A model generated the notes under the pieces. It ran no database searches and was not told the origin of the DNA. It saw nothing but the letters and a program-made list of their open reading frames with translations. Made by a program: the position numbers and the translations under genes. DNA of 60,673 nt, counting the filler, from Sphacelaria rigidula (taxonomy: Eukaryota), in NCBI GenBank assembly GCA_964200075.2. It is 9 parts of 9 records of this genome, joined end to end, with 100 filler letters (N's around TTAATTAATTAA, not from the genome) between each part and the next. Parts side by side here need not be neighbours in the genome. Positions count along the whole stretch, not along the records: positions 33,766 to 40,417 come from CAXNAA020018818.1; positions 40,518 to 47,169 come from CAXNAA020018819.1; positions 47,270 to 53,921 come from CAXNAA020018820.1; 6 more parts are not named here. One strand, given 5' to 3'. Shown piece by piece: positions 39,820 through 52,991 of the stretch (positions are counted from its first letter, which is position 1; each line of letters opens with the position of its first letter).

Positions 39820-40417
39820 CAATCGTTCGTTGACTCTCCTTCGTCTGTGCGTGTCTACCTGTCGGTTATCCACTTCGCCTATCCACGTGAGACAAATCGT
39901 CACCATTTGGTGGGTGCAGTACAGAGGACTCCCTGCCTATCAACCAGGCTAGATCGGAATATAAACATCCATGCCCGTGGACATCACTCCTCCTCACGAC
40001 ATACGGTGTTGTTTACAGCAAGCTGTGTACAGCAAGCAGCGGGTGCAGTATGTGATACGTGGTGTGTTGAGAGGGGGGTGGAAGATCCGTGCCAGCGGCA
40101 TTGAGCGGGGTGCCGCGGTAAGATCTGTATCATGGGGCCCTTTGCTGGGAGGGGGAAGTGATTCCTTCTGCCAAAGTGGCCGATGGAAGATCCGTGGTCA
40201 CGATATTCTGCACGGGCTGCATGGTTGTTTGCAGCGGTAAGACCTTTGCTGGGAGCGGGAAGCGATTGTTGCGTCGAAGATGGCCGATGGAAGAGACTGA
40301 TTCCCCGTCATATGTGGGTACAATTTCCAAAAACACGGGTACAATCGGGGGAAAAGTAGTCACAGAAGGGTACACCGTGGCCATCTACCGCCGCCGCCGG
40401 GTGAAGATTGTCGTCGG

Positions 40418-40517
40418 NNNNNNNNNNNNNNNNNNNNNNNNNNNNNNNNNNNNNNNNNNNNTTAATTAATTAANNNNNNNNNNNNNNNNNNNNNNNNNNN
40501 NNNNNNNNNNNNNNNNN
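40418..40517. other. Artificial contig spacer
   Basis: 44 N + TTAATTAATTAA + 44 N. Confidence 0.99.
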
Positions 40518-40659
40518 TTTTCGCTAATAATACTATTGATGATGATGATGATGATGATGATGCCGATCACGGCCCAACTCGTCTGTGTCGATGAGATATT
40601 GCTTTTCGAGCTTAAATCCGTTTGAAGGCTGGCCTAGCTCGTACTTGCTGTATGTAGTT

Positions 40660-41175
40660 TTTGAGCTTTTCTCGAGTACTATTCTTCACTACTACTTGAA
40701 AGTGCTAGCGCCGGTAGATTCAGGGGGAAAGCGTAGGCCGCGCTCAAACTGCAGTGCCAAGTTGGTCTGTCTGGGCGATACGGACTAGAGACCCCGTTTA
40801 TCAGGAGGGTGTTATTGACCGTTATGGTCCAATGAAAACGGTTATACGGCTCTTCCGCAACAAAACAGTACATATTCAGATGAATGAAAACGTATCAAAC
40901 TCTTCACAATAACGATCGAGATAATGTTTCCCTCCTATACTGCACAGAACTCAGTCTAGCATTTTCTGCGGATGGCCTCTTTTCGTTTTTTTTCGCATAA
41001 CATTTTCCATGAGCATTCGAAAGTGCTAGCGTCGATAGTTTTGGCAAAACGAGCAGACCTTGCTCGAATCACAATGTCCAAGTTGGTGTTGTGGAGGCGA
41101 TACACAGGAAAGACCCCGTTTATCAGGACGGTGTTATTGACAGTAAATTGTCCAAGAATCATGGTTTTCCGGCTT
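40660..41175. repeat. Two diverged direct copies of about 190 bp, period about 320 bp
   Basis: gaaagtgctagcg, ccaagttggt and agaccccgtttatcagga.ggtgttattgac each occur twice. Confidence 0.75.
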
Positions 41176-42170
41176 TAGCGCAGTGAAGAGGTGGAATTTC
41201 AAAAAAATAATCATTTGTGAGTCTTCACTTATACGATCGGGATCGAGTCGGTCCACCGGATCGAGTCGGTCCATCGAAAATACCAAAAAGCTAGAACCTG
41301 GGTTGCACTTTCGCAGGACCCCCGAAGATCGTTCAAGCCCGTGAATCACTCAATATTGATCGCAGATAATATCTTCTTTCAATATTCGTCAAGAGGATTA
41401 AAATATTTCCAGATGCCCATATTTTGGCATCCAGAAATCACTGTGATGAGCGGTGGAGAGCGAAACAAATTTGGGAAATCTTCGAGGAACTAGGAAATTA
41501 CGAATTCTGCATGCTTTTGACGATGAGTACTGTAGCAAGTACTGCGGTGAGGGGACGACGTGGGAAACCTTGGTGCTGTTCCTATTACCTTTATCGTTGC
41601 ATGCTCTTTTGTTCCCCGTCATACTCTGAAACAGTCCCCTTGCTCGCGATGGATGGGTCTGCAGTCTCCAAAAACCATCCCATCTCTCCCGCGATACCTG
41701 CCTGACAACTGACAAAGTGGTATCACGATTGGATAGGCTCTTGCTTTGTACGCTTCCCCCCCCCCCCCAGAAAAAAAGAAAAGCGTCTTGTCCAACAGGG
41801 GTCATGTTGAGGCGGAAACCCCGCCGAGGCGTTATAATTTCTTAATTTTAGTATGGAAGGCCGAAAACAAGAACGCATAAATTTATGCGAATTATGTGGA
41901 AGCATAAAAAGCAAAAGCCTATGTTTGGATCAGCACTCCCGCACCGCGTCCACTCTACATTAATCGAAATTCTTATTTTCAGTTTGCTGCTCATAACCAT
42001 TTCCAGTTTTTTTGCTGTTCTCGATCTATTGATCCAATTTGTTTGTTTACTCTCCCTTCCTGTGTTCACTGTTCAGCTAATGTTTCCGTTCTGTTATTAT
42101 CCCGGGTACGTCTATCATGTGGATAATGACCTCGGCTGGATCCATGGGGGATCAGGTAGTTGTAACGATG

Positions 42171-42361
42171 AATTGAATCGAATTGAATCGAATTGAATCG
42201 AATCAAATCAAACCAAGTCAAATCAAAACAAATCAAATCAAATCGAAACAAATCGAAACAAATCGAATCATATCGAAGCAAATCAAATCAAATCAAATCA
42301 AATCAAATCAAATCAAATCGAATCGAATCAAACCGAATCAAATCGAATCAAATCAAATCAA
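42171..42361. repeat. (AATCA/AATCG)n pentanucleotide microsatellite
   Basis: Direct reading. Confidence 0.95.
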
Positions 42362-43350
42362 CACATATGCCATAACCCGCAATCTTCCGCCCGAACTGGC
42401 TCCAGTTGTACCAGTTACAGTACTGGGGTGCTACGATACCTTTGCCGTATTCCCTAGCCATCAAGTGTTGTCGGTCTTTTCTGCCAAGAAGAGGTAGGCA
42501 CAGGAACAAAATACCTCGCGCATGGTGCATATATATATATACAAGAGTTTCTGCGGCTTCGCCGCCACGATCACACCGGTGATAGCTGTGTGCGTTGTGT
42601 AATGGCAGAGGTCATGCGAGTTTGGAGAAGAAACCGCAGCAGCGCATGGGTTGAGCACGGTAGCAAATTTGGATCATGAATACTTTTATTGGGTGAAATT
42701 GATGCCACTTCAACAGATTACCTAATTTTCTCGCCGTCAAATGATTGATGGAAAGCGGCGGGAAAATTTTGTCGTTTCTTCTGATTGTTCCATGAGCATG
42801 ATGCCGGTTGGATTTTCAAAAAAACTTCTCTTGTTTCGTTTTCAGCCCGAAGAGCAACATGGATGAGGACGTACGAAGGCTCAACACAACGCATCACAGT
42901 CAAGAGTGAACCTGAGGAACTGACCGCCCCCGCAGACCAAGAACCCATATGGTGGCAACGAATTTGACCATTTGACCGCCATGATAGGTTATCTGTTGTT
43001 GAATCGGCATCAGTTACTTGGAAATCACAAATTACAGCGTGGTCCAGATGACCTACGCTACCGGTCAAAGGGTTGTCTCTTTTGGGACCGGATTCCCAGA
43101 AACACGTGATATGCACGCAGGGGCCTTTGTATGAATCGGCATCGTTTTTAATCGTTTTCAACTAAAAACATTACCGATTCATGGTAGCGCCCCTGCGTGC
43201 AAACCACATGTTTCTGGGATTCCGGTCCCGAAAGGGTTCAAACAGTACAAATGAAGTGAAGTCGAGACCATGCGATTTTCATGCTAATGGTTGTGTACGT
43301 TACGTGTAACACAGAAGGAGGTCAACACAGGAAATTATGTGGTGGTCGGC

Positions 43351-43866
43351 TTACTTTTTCATCGCGAGAGGGGTTCAGCGGTCCCTTTGGCTCGTCGACC
43401 GTGAAACCGAATTCTGTCCACTGACGACATACTGTAAACAATGTTTTCGTGAGATTGAGAATAGAAGATACGATTGAGAGTGAAAATCGGTCAATTAGTC
43501 AATGAATCGTTTCAGTTCCGTAATGCCAATCCACTAGGCTCAAGATGCTCGCTGTACTGTAGGAGCTTGCCACTGGGACCCTTGATATCCCTGAGCCAGA
43601 TATCGACGTGTAGCTGTATGCACACGTCAGTACTAGAGGCAAAGAAAAGCACGCACGAAATTAAAAACTTGCTGCGTCGAAGCGAATAGTCAAAGCCATT
43701 CTCAATCAGCGCTCTACTCTCAATCTCACAAAAACATTGTTGTCACCGTCAACTGTTGAACATGGTGTGAGATAAAATTCCAGATCGTGTGACTGCACTG
43801 AGGTTCGAACCGACGACCCAACCGCCATAAGGTTCGGGGGTCGCCAACTGAGCCACCAGAGCGACC
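43351..43866 (-). mobile_element. SINE family 1 split by a complete MITE A (43437-43741)
   Basis: A box GGTGGCTCAGTTGG (43844-43857), B box GGTTCGAACC (43802-43811), SINE 3' part 43351-43435; MITE TIR aacaatgtttt.gtgagattgaga. Confidence 0.82.
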
Positions 43867-44440
43867 ATCTGCCGACTAAAATATGAAAAATAGAAGCCGG
43901 CACCTCATGACGAAAAAACGCATGTATGGCAGAGCAGAAGCAGTAGCAGCAACAACAGCAGTCCAGAGACAGGAAAAGGGAAGTACAGTCGAGACAATGA
44001 GACATGCGGGCAAGATCCCAACATGCTCCCTGTGTACGCCGAGAGGACGGAGAGTCGTTCCGCACAGCCCATCCAACTGAGCATGATTCTGATTCAATTT
44101 TCAAGTGAAAACGATACCGGTTCCACGAAGGAATGCGGGACCTGTATACGGTAAGAGGTGGCATCTCCGACGGTCAAGGGGTCACAAAGAGATACCGTTT
44201 CGCCGTAGTCTAGGAGCATGGGAAGGAAGTGCACCTGTCTCAGAGCTTCTGGGAACGATTCTGACAGAAGTAGAAGATATCGGCGGAGCGATTGAAAGGC
44301 CTGTATGTGGTGTGAGATGGAGGGACGAAGGGTCTACCGCCACGGCGAGGAAAAAGAACGCAAAAAACACCATGCAGAACACTGCCGGGGAAGCGATGCT
44401 CCCGAAACCTCCTGAAGGGGAATCATGTAATGCTGCCTTG

Positions 44441-44625
44441 TCAGAGCTCGAGAGAACGAAATGACCCCGTTTCACTGTACTCTAAAAACAAGCAAGAGCA
44501 AATGCTCGCCTCTCTGAGCTTCTGGGAACGACGGAATGACCCCGTTTCGCCGTACTCTAAAATCAAGTAAGAGCAAATGCTGGCGTCTCTGAGCTTCTGG
44601 GAACGACGGAATGACCCCGTTTCCT
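44441..44625 (+). repeat. 75-bp tandem repeat, about 2.5 copies, plus a degenerate copy at 44190-44260
   Basis: tctctgagcttctgggaacgacggaatgaccccgtttc at 44511 and 44586. Confidence 0.9.
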
Positions 44626-47060
44626 CTAAAAGCGAGTGAAAAAAGTACAACTGCCTGCAGGGCTCGCCAAAGAAAAAAAAAATATAATGTATATTTGTTA
44701 ATATAGTATATGAGAAATTGTATCAGTGACAACTGTTCTGATATTGTTTCCCTGCAGATAGGTGCACTTTTGCTGTATTTCTTCACTTGATTTTGGAATA
44801 CATATCTGTCGTGGTCATTTCGTTCTATGAAGCTCTGAGAAGCCACGATTTCTCCTTTACTTGATTTTAGACTATACTTTTTCGCTGATACCTCTTCGCT
44901 TGCCTTTCGCTAGACACTAGGGTGCGTTCTGGTTCTGCTTGAGTGCAGATAGACTATATTCGCTTTCTGCACTGTGTCCTGCATGGCCTTCGGGCTGCGT
45001 TCCACATGGCATTACGGCTTGCGTTGCCATGAGGTTCCTGTCTTGACGCCTCAGTGGACTCTTCGACCGTCAGGGGTACCTTCATCCATCTTGACCGCTC
45101 ATCGGTGAAATCGGCATCGTTTTCACTTGGAAATATAGAATCGGCATCACATTTATTTGACACCCAGAACACATGGCATCAATCATGATGATACCGCTTT
45201 GCATTGAACACTTCGAGCGTGTTTCGATGTGTGAGTCTGTGCTTGAATTTAGAGTACACGTCTTCGCTGATACCTTTTGGCTCGCCTTTGGCTGGACATG
45301 AGTAATTCGTTCTGCGTCTCCTTGGGTCTGGAGTACAATCGTCTTCCAACACTGCATTCTGCTTGGCGTCAGGGCGTTTTTCGGATTGTTTCTCATTGGA
45401 TTCTGAAGAGATTTGCGAGGACAATAAACAAGGTGCTCAGCTGATGAACAGCTATGGCGTTTTCTTTTTAGTATGAAGTGTGCCACTACGCAACGCACGC
45501 AATATCTAATACCAGTTCGTGCGCGTTTTGCGCAAATCATCGCCTCTCATTTAATTCTGATTTGATTAATGCAAGGCCACGCACAGCTCAGGTGATGAGC
45601 AGCTACGGCTCGAGCTGCGTATCTTTTGTTTTTGCGATGACAATGCGTTTTCTAAGTTCACCTGTGATGGATGGTCGTTTGTGAAACCGGCATCATTTTT
45701 ACGCAACGCATACAGCTCTCACCGGTGCTCATGTATCTTGGCTGTCAATCCACTAATCGTGGCGGCGAAGCCGCCGAATCTGTTGTATATATATACATAA
45801 TAGACTGATGCCGAAATAGCGGTTTCCTGTTCGCGGTTGGTAGGTGACGCGCCGCTTAACCCTTTTGGGACTGGGCTTCAGAACGACCAATCAGAGTCGT
45901 AAGGAATGACGTGTCTGACGTCTGCACGAAACAGTGGCTTTCATGTTGCTGAAAATCCACGTATGTAACCGCAGGGTTAGGAGGGAGACGGAGAAGTTTC
46001 ATCCAAGCTATTTTCAGGTGCAGGTACAAACTGTAATTCGGGTGCGGTGCGCATCAGGTAATAATGTACGGGTGTATCAAGCAGTATGGGTCGCCGTAGA
46101 GAGCTTTCAATAGGATGTGGCGACCGGCGGGCCGCCCGCCACGTGTGGCTTTGGATTATGTTATTGTCCTCATCGCCTTTCCACACAGCCCTTTGTGGTC
46201 GGGGTGGGCCGAGATTTCTTTCTTTGTTGCAAGCGGCAAATTCTCTTCGAAGGGCATGGGCGTTTCGGCGCACATACAAGACAGTACATCTCTACGACTG
46301 CAGCAGCAGCTGCCGCTGCGTACTCCCTTACACGTTCTGGCCAATTCTCCGCGACGGAGATCAGCTGCCTGTACACAGCTTGTTCGTTCCCGTCGACTAC
46401 ATACGACCTCACTGCGTGCTGTACCACCTCAGCACAGGGATAGGCAGAACTCATGCATCTGGCTCCGCCTCTCGTCCTTTTCACTTCGCATTGTAATCAG
46501 AGAGAACTGATAGTCCTGGGCTGTCTGCACTGCATGTTGCTCGCTTGCCTTCAAATTCTACTGTACAAAACACTCACACACGTACTCAAGCCACACTGCT
46601 TGCAAGCAGTGCGGACAGTACAGACTGTCTGTACTGCACACGAGTGGCTGTGGACCGTTTAGCGAATTTCAGTACTTTTTTTCGATCGAAAGCTCGAACT
46701 TTGCTTGGACCCAACACGACAACAATGAGCAATTTTCGCTCAAATTAATTTCACCGCCCCATTTTTCGATCGGAAAAAAAAACGCTGAACGCTTCTTTGC
46801 ACTACCGGATGACAGTTTTGAAGTCGGTATGGAGGATAAGGCAGGTACCCGGTACTGGTATTTGGGACATATCATACCCCATCGACACCAACCCAATCGG
46901 GTATTTTCAAATGTCATACCTACGATACCTACGATACCCACGATACCTACGATACCACGGTATTTTGAGATACCAGTACATGCCATACCTGCCCAATCGG
47001 GCATTTGCGAATGCCATACCTACGATACCTACGATACCACGGTATTTCGAGATACCAGCC

Positions 47061-47169
47061 GGTCACCCCGGTGGCTCAGTTGGTGACCTTGAAACCCTCT
47101 GACGGTTGGGTCGTGGGTTCAGATCTCGGAGTGATCTGGGTTTTTTTCTCACACCATGCCCAACAGTGG
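47061..47169 (+). mobile_element. SINE family 1 5' portion, truncated by contig end; another head at 54092-54138 (-)
   Basis: A box GGTGGCTCAGTTGG and degenerate B box GGTTCAGATC. Confidence 0.8.
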
Positions 47170-47269
47170 NNNNNNNNNNNNNNNNNNNNNNNNNNNNNNN
47201 NNNNNNNNNNNNNTTAATTAATTAANNNNNNNNNNNNNNNNNNNNNNNNNNNNNNNNNNNNNNNNNNNN
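47170..47269. other. Artificial contig spacer
   Basis: 44 N + TTAATTAATTAA + 44 N. Confidence 0.99.
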
Positions 47270-47297
47270 ACTATGGCATGCATGATCATGAGTACAA

Positions 47298-47584
47298 CCC
47301 CCCCTTCCTCGGGATGAGCCCGTGGTGTCAAGGGATCAACCCATCTCTCCCCCGGTACACGCCTTGCATTTTGGCCTCGCGGATTGGGGCAGCACTCCCG
47401 CATCGCGTCAACTCACGTCAAACAAAATCAGTCGACTACTTTGTTTATTCGCGTTCTCATGTTTTCCACGAACGGTGGAAATCAGACATTACGAAGAAAA
47501 AACCCAAAGCGTCCGGAATCGAACCCCCGTTCTCTCCACCCTAATGGCGACAGTTGGACCATTACACCACCGGGGTGCGGCGGC
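47298..47584 (-). mobile_element. SINE family 2 copy, interrupted at its G-run by a poly(C)-tailed element (47270-47305, +)
   Basis: Minus strand ggtggtgtaatgg...ggttcgattcc; body colinear with 26485-26770. Confidence 0.82.
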
Positions 47585-50015
47585 TCTACAGCCTCCTGAT
47601 TTTTTCCTCGTTGGTGCAAAAAAACGCAACCCACGGCTTCGTAACACGTGCGGGCATTGAAGATGTAGAGATCGCGACTGTCACATATTTTCGGGCTTCC
47701 GCTCTCAAATCGATGTGTCTCGGATTTTGACGACTTTCAGGGCATCATCACGTTCACAATGACGAAATATTTATATTTTCAAGAGGCGAAAATTACAGCA
47801 TCCCCAAGATGTTCGCGTCTTTGACATGTCCCTGTGCGGATTATTTATACCGTACTTCCCCGAGTCTACGGAGGTAGAAAATGGACAACATATCAACGTA
47901 CATTTACCACCATTCTTCCTCCCTCCAGTATGTCTGATCGGTTACGGTGTCCAGGTCGCATCTCCCGAACGGAGGCGCTTATGATGCTGCAGTTAAGAAT
48001 CGGTGAAGAGATGAAATTATGGAGATTCCCATACAACCGAGAAAACATAAGAGTCGAGTTGCGTCGTATACACAACATCCGGTCAGAATTGATCCAATTT
48101 TGTCCACCTCGAATCCGGTTTAAGCCAAATTCGACCGATTTTTGCCATTTTCCTGCGGGACAGAGGTGATGACGTGACAAAATTGGTTGAGGACAAGACG
48201 TAGCTAGCCTCTGTACCAGATGGGGGCTAAAATCGACAGTTTTTTGCATTTTTTGCCTTTTTTGTCGGGTCTTCCATGTTTTTGTCCCCCGTAGAGGAGC
48301 AGCGTACGGCCATTTCGGGCCGGCTGACCATTTTTCGACCGCTTGACCGCATGGGAAAAACGGCATCTTTTTTTTCTCAGGGAATGGCTTCATAAAATAA
48401 AAATAAACGCCTAACAATTCCATCAAAAAAAATGAGAACAGAATTGAACGTGGTTAAGGGCCCGTGCAAACATAACCGGGCAGACTTACGGGACAGGAGG
48501 AGTAGCTCGTGAAACAACTTCGTATCCTTCGAAAAGAGGAGGTTATCAACACTAGGGTTGGTTCTTCCTCGCTGTGCTTAGACCAATTCTGATCGGGACG
48601 CAAACGATTTTGCTACTCAGAAATGCCTACCTTTTCCAGTCCTTCCGCGACTTATTTCGAATGAAAAGACTGGCCGGCGGATAATGTCAGCTCGGCATGA
48701 CTTGCTCTACTGTGTGAGAGGATTCCGGCGCACTCCGGCGATTCTCGGTGCGGTAAGTTTGAAATTCGGCCGGGAAAGAAGAAAAAAACACGGAAACCTT
48801 GCAAGGGTGGGACGAACGAATGATTGGCACGTGGAATGGCGCAAAAGTTGCGTGGAGATCTGCTTGACCAGCGGTCGACTTTTTTTTTCTCTCTTTCGAG
48901 CAATCAGGCCTGAGAAATCGTGGATTTGGTGACTCGTAGTCGTGATGATTCGTCCTTACCGTGGAACCTTGAACGTTTTGTTTTGCAAAAGTGACCGTTC
49001 ATGGCGGAAAGTGACCCCAACCCACGACAGATCAAGACGCCTCGGGTAAGGGGGCGTGTATAGAGTACTGCTCTGTTTTGACTCAAGTCGGCGCTTGCCT
49101 CACTTGATTTGAGCGAATATTTCATTTGACCGTCGCACTTTACTTGATATCCCAGGGACCCCAACCGTGGTCATATCGTAGACTTGCCCGAGACAAAATA
49201 AAACCGAAACACTCGCTCAAGGAAAGAGAAGAAAAGTCAAAGCCGATGACAGAACAACAGAGTAGACTGAAGAAGAAGAAAAGAAAACGATGGTGAAGGT
49301 CCAATATTATCGACACTGCTTCACCGGAGATCTCATAAATGTTCGCACTCTTCGGATTTTGCGTTCAGACTCTTCCGACAACGACGGGATAATATTTTAT
49401 TCTCCGAATTTTCATTTTTGGGGAAGTCCAAAAAATTCGGACTGCAACGCAGTACTTCGGAGAGCTGCCCAGTGAATACGCCGTGGCGCGCTCGCAAGCA
49501 TTTCGAGAGCCGCAAGGTACCTTGCCAGTTCCGAAAATTTCGGAGATCTCCGAAAAAAAACTGTGTCGATAACAATGGGCCTGAGGCGCCTACCTGAGGC
49601 ACCTGATCTTCCGAAATTCGGCAACAGCGAATGAAAATTAACAACCCTCCGTACGTATTGGGTATTGCCGGAGCTCGAAACATAGCTACTACTCTCATCC
49701 AACCTTCACATTTTGCTCTTCGCAACATCCCTGCATCTCGACTTGAGAACAAAAGCCCGCTCGCGATGGTACGGGCCTTCGACTACTTGAGATATAGATC
49801 GCTCTCGATTAACCGTGCCTGGCGCACGCGCCAGTTTGAGCTGAAACATGTGCTGCGCACCCTGTGCGCACGCTGAGCGAGCGCCCGGGACTATGAGCCC
49901 CGTCAAAAAATCTGAAATATTGTTCGATGGTGAACACTTGACACGAAGTATATGGTCAGCCATCGATCATGTGCACCGAACTCGAGTACTCCCTACCGAC
50001 TTGATAGAAATAAAA

Positions 50016-51851
50016 GGTAAATACACAAAAGGGGGTATACCCTAGTGTTTTGGAACAAAAAGGGGTAGTGCATTCTTTGGTTTCATGTGCGGCGCTGCAC
50101 GCGGGCTGAGCTCCTCGAAAACACGTTGCAGCGTCTCAGCCTGACGCTCAAGGTGTCTGGGCAAAACACCCGACAATTTTTTTTCCTTTCCAGACGTAGC
50201 ACTAGGCTCGACTACGGCGCGGAAAATGAGAACCTGTGAGAGTACCCTTTTTTGGTAAACAAACCAGGAGGGTACACCCTGCGCTCTGCTAAACATTTTT
50301 CTGTCACTCTTTTCTGTCAACGTGTTGACCCGTTAATTATGAAACACACACCCTTTTCTACCATTTTTTGTGAAGTGGTGATCGTACCGCCGGTCCCGCA
50401 GGAGATACGCCGAACCGTCACAACCATACCAATTCTTGGTGAAGTTACCCCCCACCAAAAAGGCCGAAACCGAACGAATAACAAATCTTTGCCCCCTGCT
50501 GGTCGGCCCGGGGACGCGCAAGATCCGACGATGCATCCAGGGCGCGAACGCTTGTGTGCCCGAGCTCACAAAGATCCAACGAACGACGTGCATGTGTTTT
50601 GCTACCCTGTTCATGCTGTGCGCATGCTAACCGCAGTTACGCAGGGGCAAGTCTCGGTACTATGCATGTACAAAAGTAGTAGAGGTTTAACCCTTACAAC
50701 GCAAACGCCCCTCAGATGAGGTCGCATGGACGATGCCACATCTGGGTTTCGTAACAGCCGTTTCGCCACTGCACAACGCCTCGTTTTCGAGAACGTTTGG
50801 ATATATCGGGCATATATATGAAAGACATTCCCGAGGAAGAATCCCCGACCGGTTCTCACCCTGCAGTCAAGTGTGCGCTGGTCCAGCACGATTGTCGTAT
50901 GTCTTCCCTGGAAGCAACGCCAGGAAATAATCATCGTACCTCCGCTCTCCACCGAACACAATCAGGTGGACGCCGCTGACGCCACTGTTTACATTGTTCC
51001 ACAACTCTACAGACAGCGTGAAGCCATGCTGGGAACACAAGAGGGATCAGGCAAGCGGAAATATACTCCGAGCAGAGAATAATAAACACGTGTTTTTGCG
51101 CCCCATGTTACCCACGGTTCGATCATCATGACGAGAACGGTCAAATACTGCAACACTGCGAAACAGTCCATTCCAACCCGTCGGGGTGAGCATTCTGGCC
51201 GAACACAGACAGCTATAGAGGTGGTCACCTGGCTCCTCTCGAAATTATTCCTGACTCTGAAGTTTTAGTGGGAAATTTGGAAACATACATGGTTGAATTG
51301 GTAAGCTTCGACCGTGCCGCGAAAAGCCCCCCATCATGCCGTGAAAAACCATAGCCCCCGCCCCCTGGAAACCCTCGCCCTGTCTGCATCGTCGGATCTG
51401 CCCGGTTCGCGGGCCGACCAGCAGGGGGCTACGATTTTGTTGTTCGTTCGATGTCGGCCTGTTTGGTGGCGTGTAACTTCACCAAGAAATTGGCATGGTT
51501 CTGACTGTTCGGCGTATCTTCTGCGGGACCGCCGATACGGTTACCACCTCACAAGAGAGGGTATAAGGAAAATGTTTAGCAGAGCGCAAGGTTTACCCTC
51601 ATGGTTTGTTTACAAAAAGGGGTACTCTCACAGGTTCTCATTTTCCACGCCGTAGTCTAGCCTAGTACCACGTCTGAAAATGAAAAAAATGGTCGGGCGT
51701 GCTGCCCAGACACATTGGGCGTGAGGCTGAGGCGCTGGAACGTGTTTTCGAGGTGCTCAGCCCGCGTGCAGCGCCGCGCCCCAAACCGGAAAATGCGCTA
51801 CCCTTTTGAGTTCCAAAAGCACCAGAGTGTACCCTTTTTTGTATATTTCCC
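50016..51851. mobile_element. Non-autonomous Mutator-like element with about 500-bp TIRs
   Basis: 50016-50536 is the reverse complement of 51384-51851; GG termini; 9-bp flanks gaaataaaa / gaaatcaac (7/9 match). Confidence 0.88.
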
Positions 51852-52103
51852 GAAATCAACCTACAAAATGTGAACGAGAAATTGAAATGGAAACTTGTGT
51901 TGCGCAAAGGATCCAACATGTTGAATACAGCAAGCTTTCTATCATTGCACGTGCTTTAGGTGTAAACCGAAAAACTGTGAGTGCAGGTTTACATTAGAAC
52001 GTTTTGGATTTACTCTGGACAAGTTCATTGACTTGACTTTTTTTCCTCACAGTGGTTGTCGCTCTTCTAAAGTGAGACGTAAAAAAAACGCACTAAAAGC
52101 TAC

Positions 52104-52485
52104 TTATATAGTCACCCGTGCAAATGCGTGTCCTGCTGCTGCTCCAACCTCCGCCGTACCCCGAACATGCGGACGCGTCGGCATCATCACCCCACCAGAC
52201 CGAACCCACGCCTCAATCGACCGGAGCCCGGGCGTTGCTGCATCACCCGGCTTACCACCGCTCCCCTCAGCATCACGTGGGCTGTCGTCGTAACCGATGC
52301 AGTAGGAATGTTCCTCCGTGCGAGATGGAATTGCCCCGTAATCTGGATCTTCATGACGTGGTGGACGGATCGATGCGACGGTGTGGTCAGCATTGCTATC
52401 GCGAGCGTCGTCGCTGTCATTACTGGTGTCCGCTAGCCGCCTTCTCAGGGCGGACCGTCGTAGTGGTCTCCGTGCGCGCACGAGC
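52104..52485 (-). CDS. Probable downstream exon of the GTPase gene (low complexity; 3' boundary uncertain)
   Basis: ccag| acceptor is phase-compatible with the phase-2 donor at 52992, giving AAFMLR-LVRARRPLRRSALRRRLADTSND...; open to TAA at 52104. Confidence 0.55.
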
Positions 52486-52991
52486 CTGGTTTAGGATGTT
52501 GGAGGAGGTCGATTTTTATTGTTTGCGATCTTGAATTACCGCCGCGTCCCGGGGTTCGACCTAAAGTGGTACAACTGAAAAAATTCATGGCGGAGGAATA
52601 CAACTTCAAATCCCGACAGCTGCATTGTGGGAGAGGGGGAGGGGGAGGGTTTTCAGGAAGGGTCGGAATTCTGTCGTAGGGTGGTAAATAGGATTTGTTT
52701 GACAAGAGTCGACTAAGTGCGGGAGTGCCGATGGTCATGATCCAGCCTGCGACATCAAAATGCACGGCGTGTGCCGGGAGAGATTGATCCCTTGAGACCT
52801 TGGACTCATGCTGCGAGGACTGGGAAGGTGTTAAAAGTGTGCCAGAGAGAAGAAAAAAAAAACATCAGGGGAATACACGAAAAGGGATTTATCCTGCGGT
52901 TTGAGGAACAGCGTGCACTACCCTGTTTTGTTCATGAAATCACTAGGATATATACCCTTTTTCAATGTTCCCCAAAACATGATGAGCTTAC

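Larger units (their letters stand above)
42542..45785. mobile_element. 3.2-kb TIR element inserted in (TA)n, superfamily unassigned
   Basis: Left tatata|caagagtttctgcggcttcgccgccacgat..caccggtgatagctgtgtgcgttgtgtaa; right (reverse complement) tatata|caacagattcggcggcttcgccgccacgat..caccggtgagagctgtatgcgttgcgtaa. Confidence 0.75.

Noticed and set aside
42183..42497. SNQIK-repeat, HT-repeat, poly-Q, poly-W and poly-N ORFs from the ORF track
   Set aside because: These are translations of microsatellites.
44441..44625. CRISPR-like array
   Set aside because: The inter-repeat sequence is also conserved (a plain 75-bp tandem), the context is eukaryotic and there are no cas genes.
46170..46484. Coding-looking minus-strand ORF (AEVVQHAVRSYVVDGNEQAVYRQL...)
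   Set aside because: No family recognised and probably a transposon relic; not supportable as a gene.
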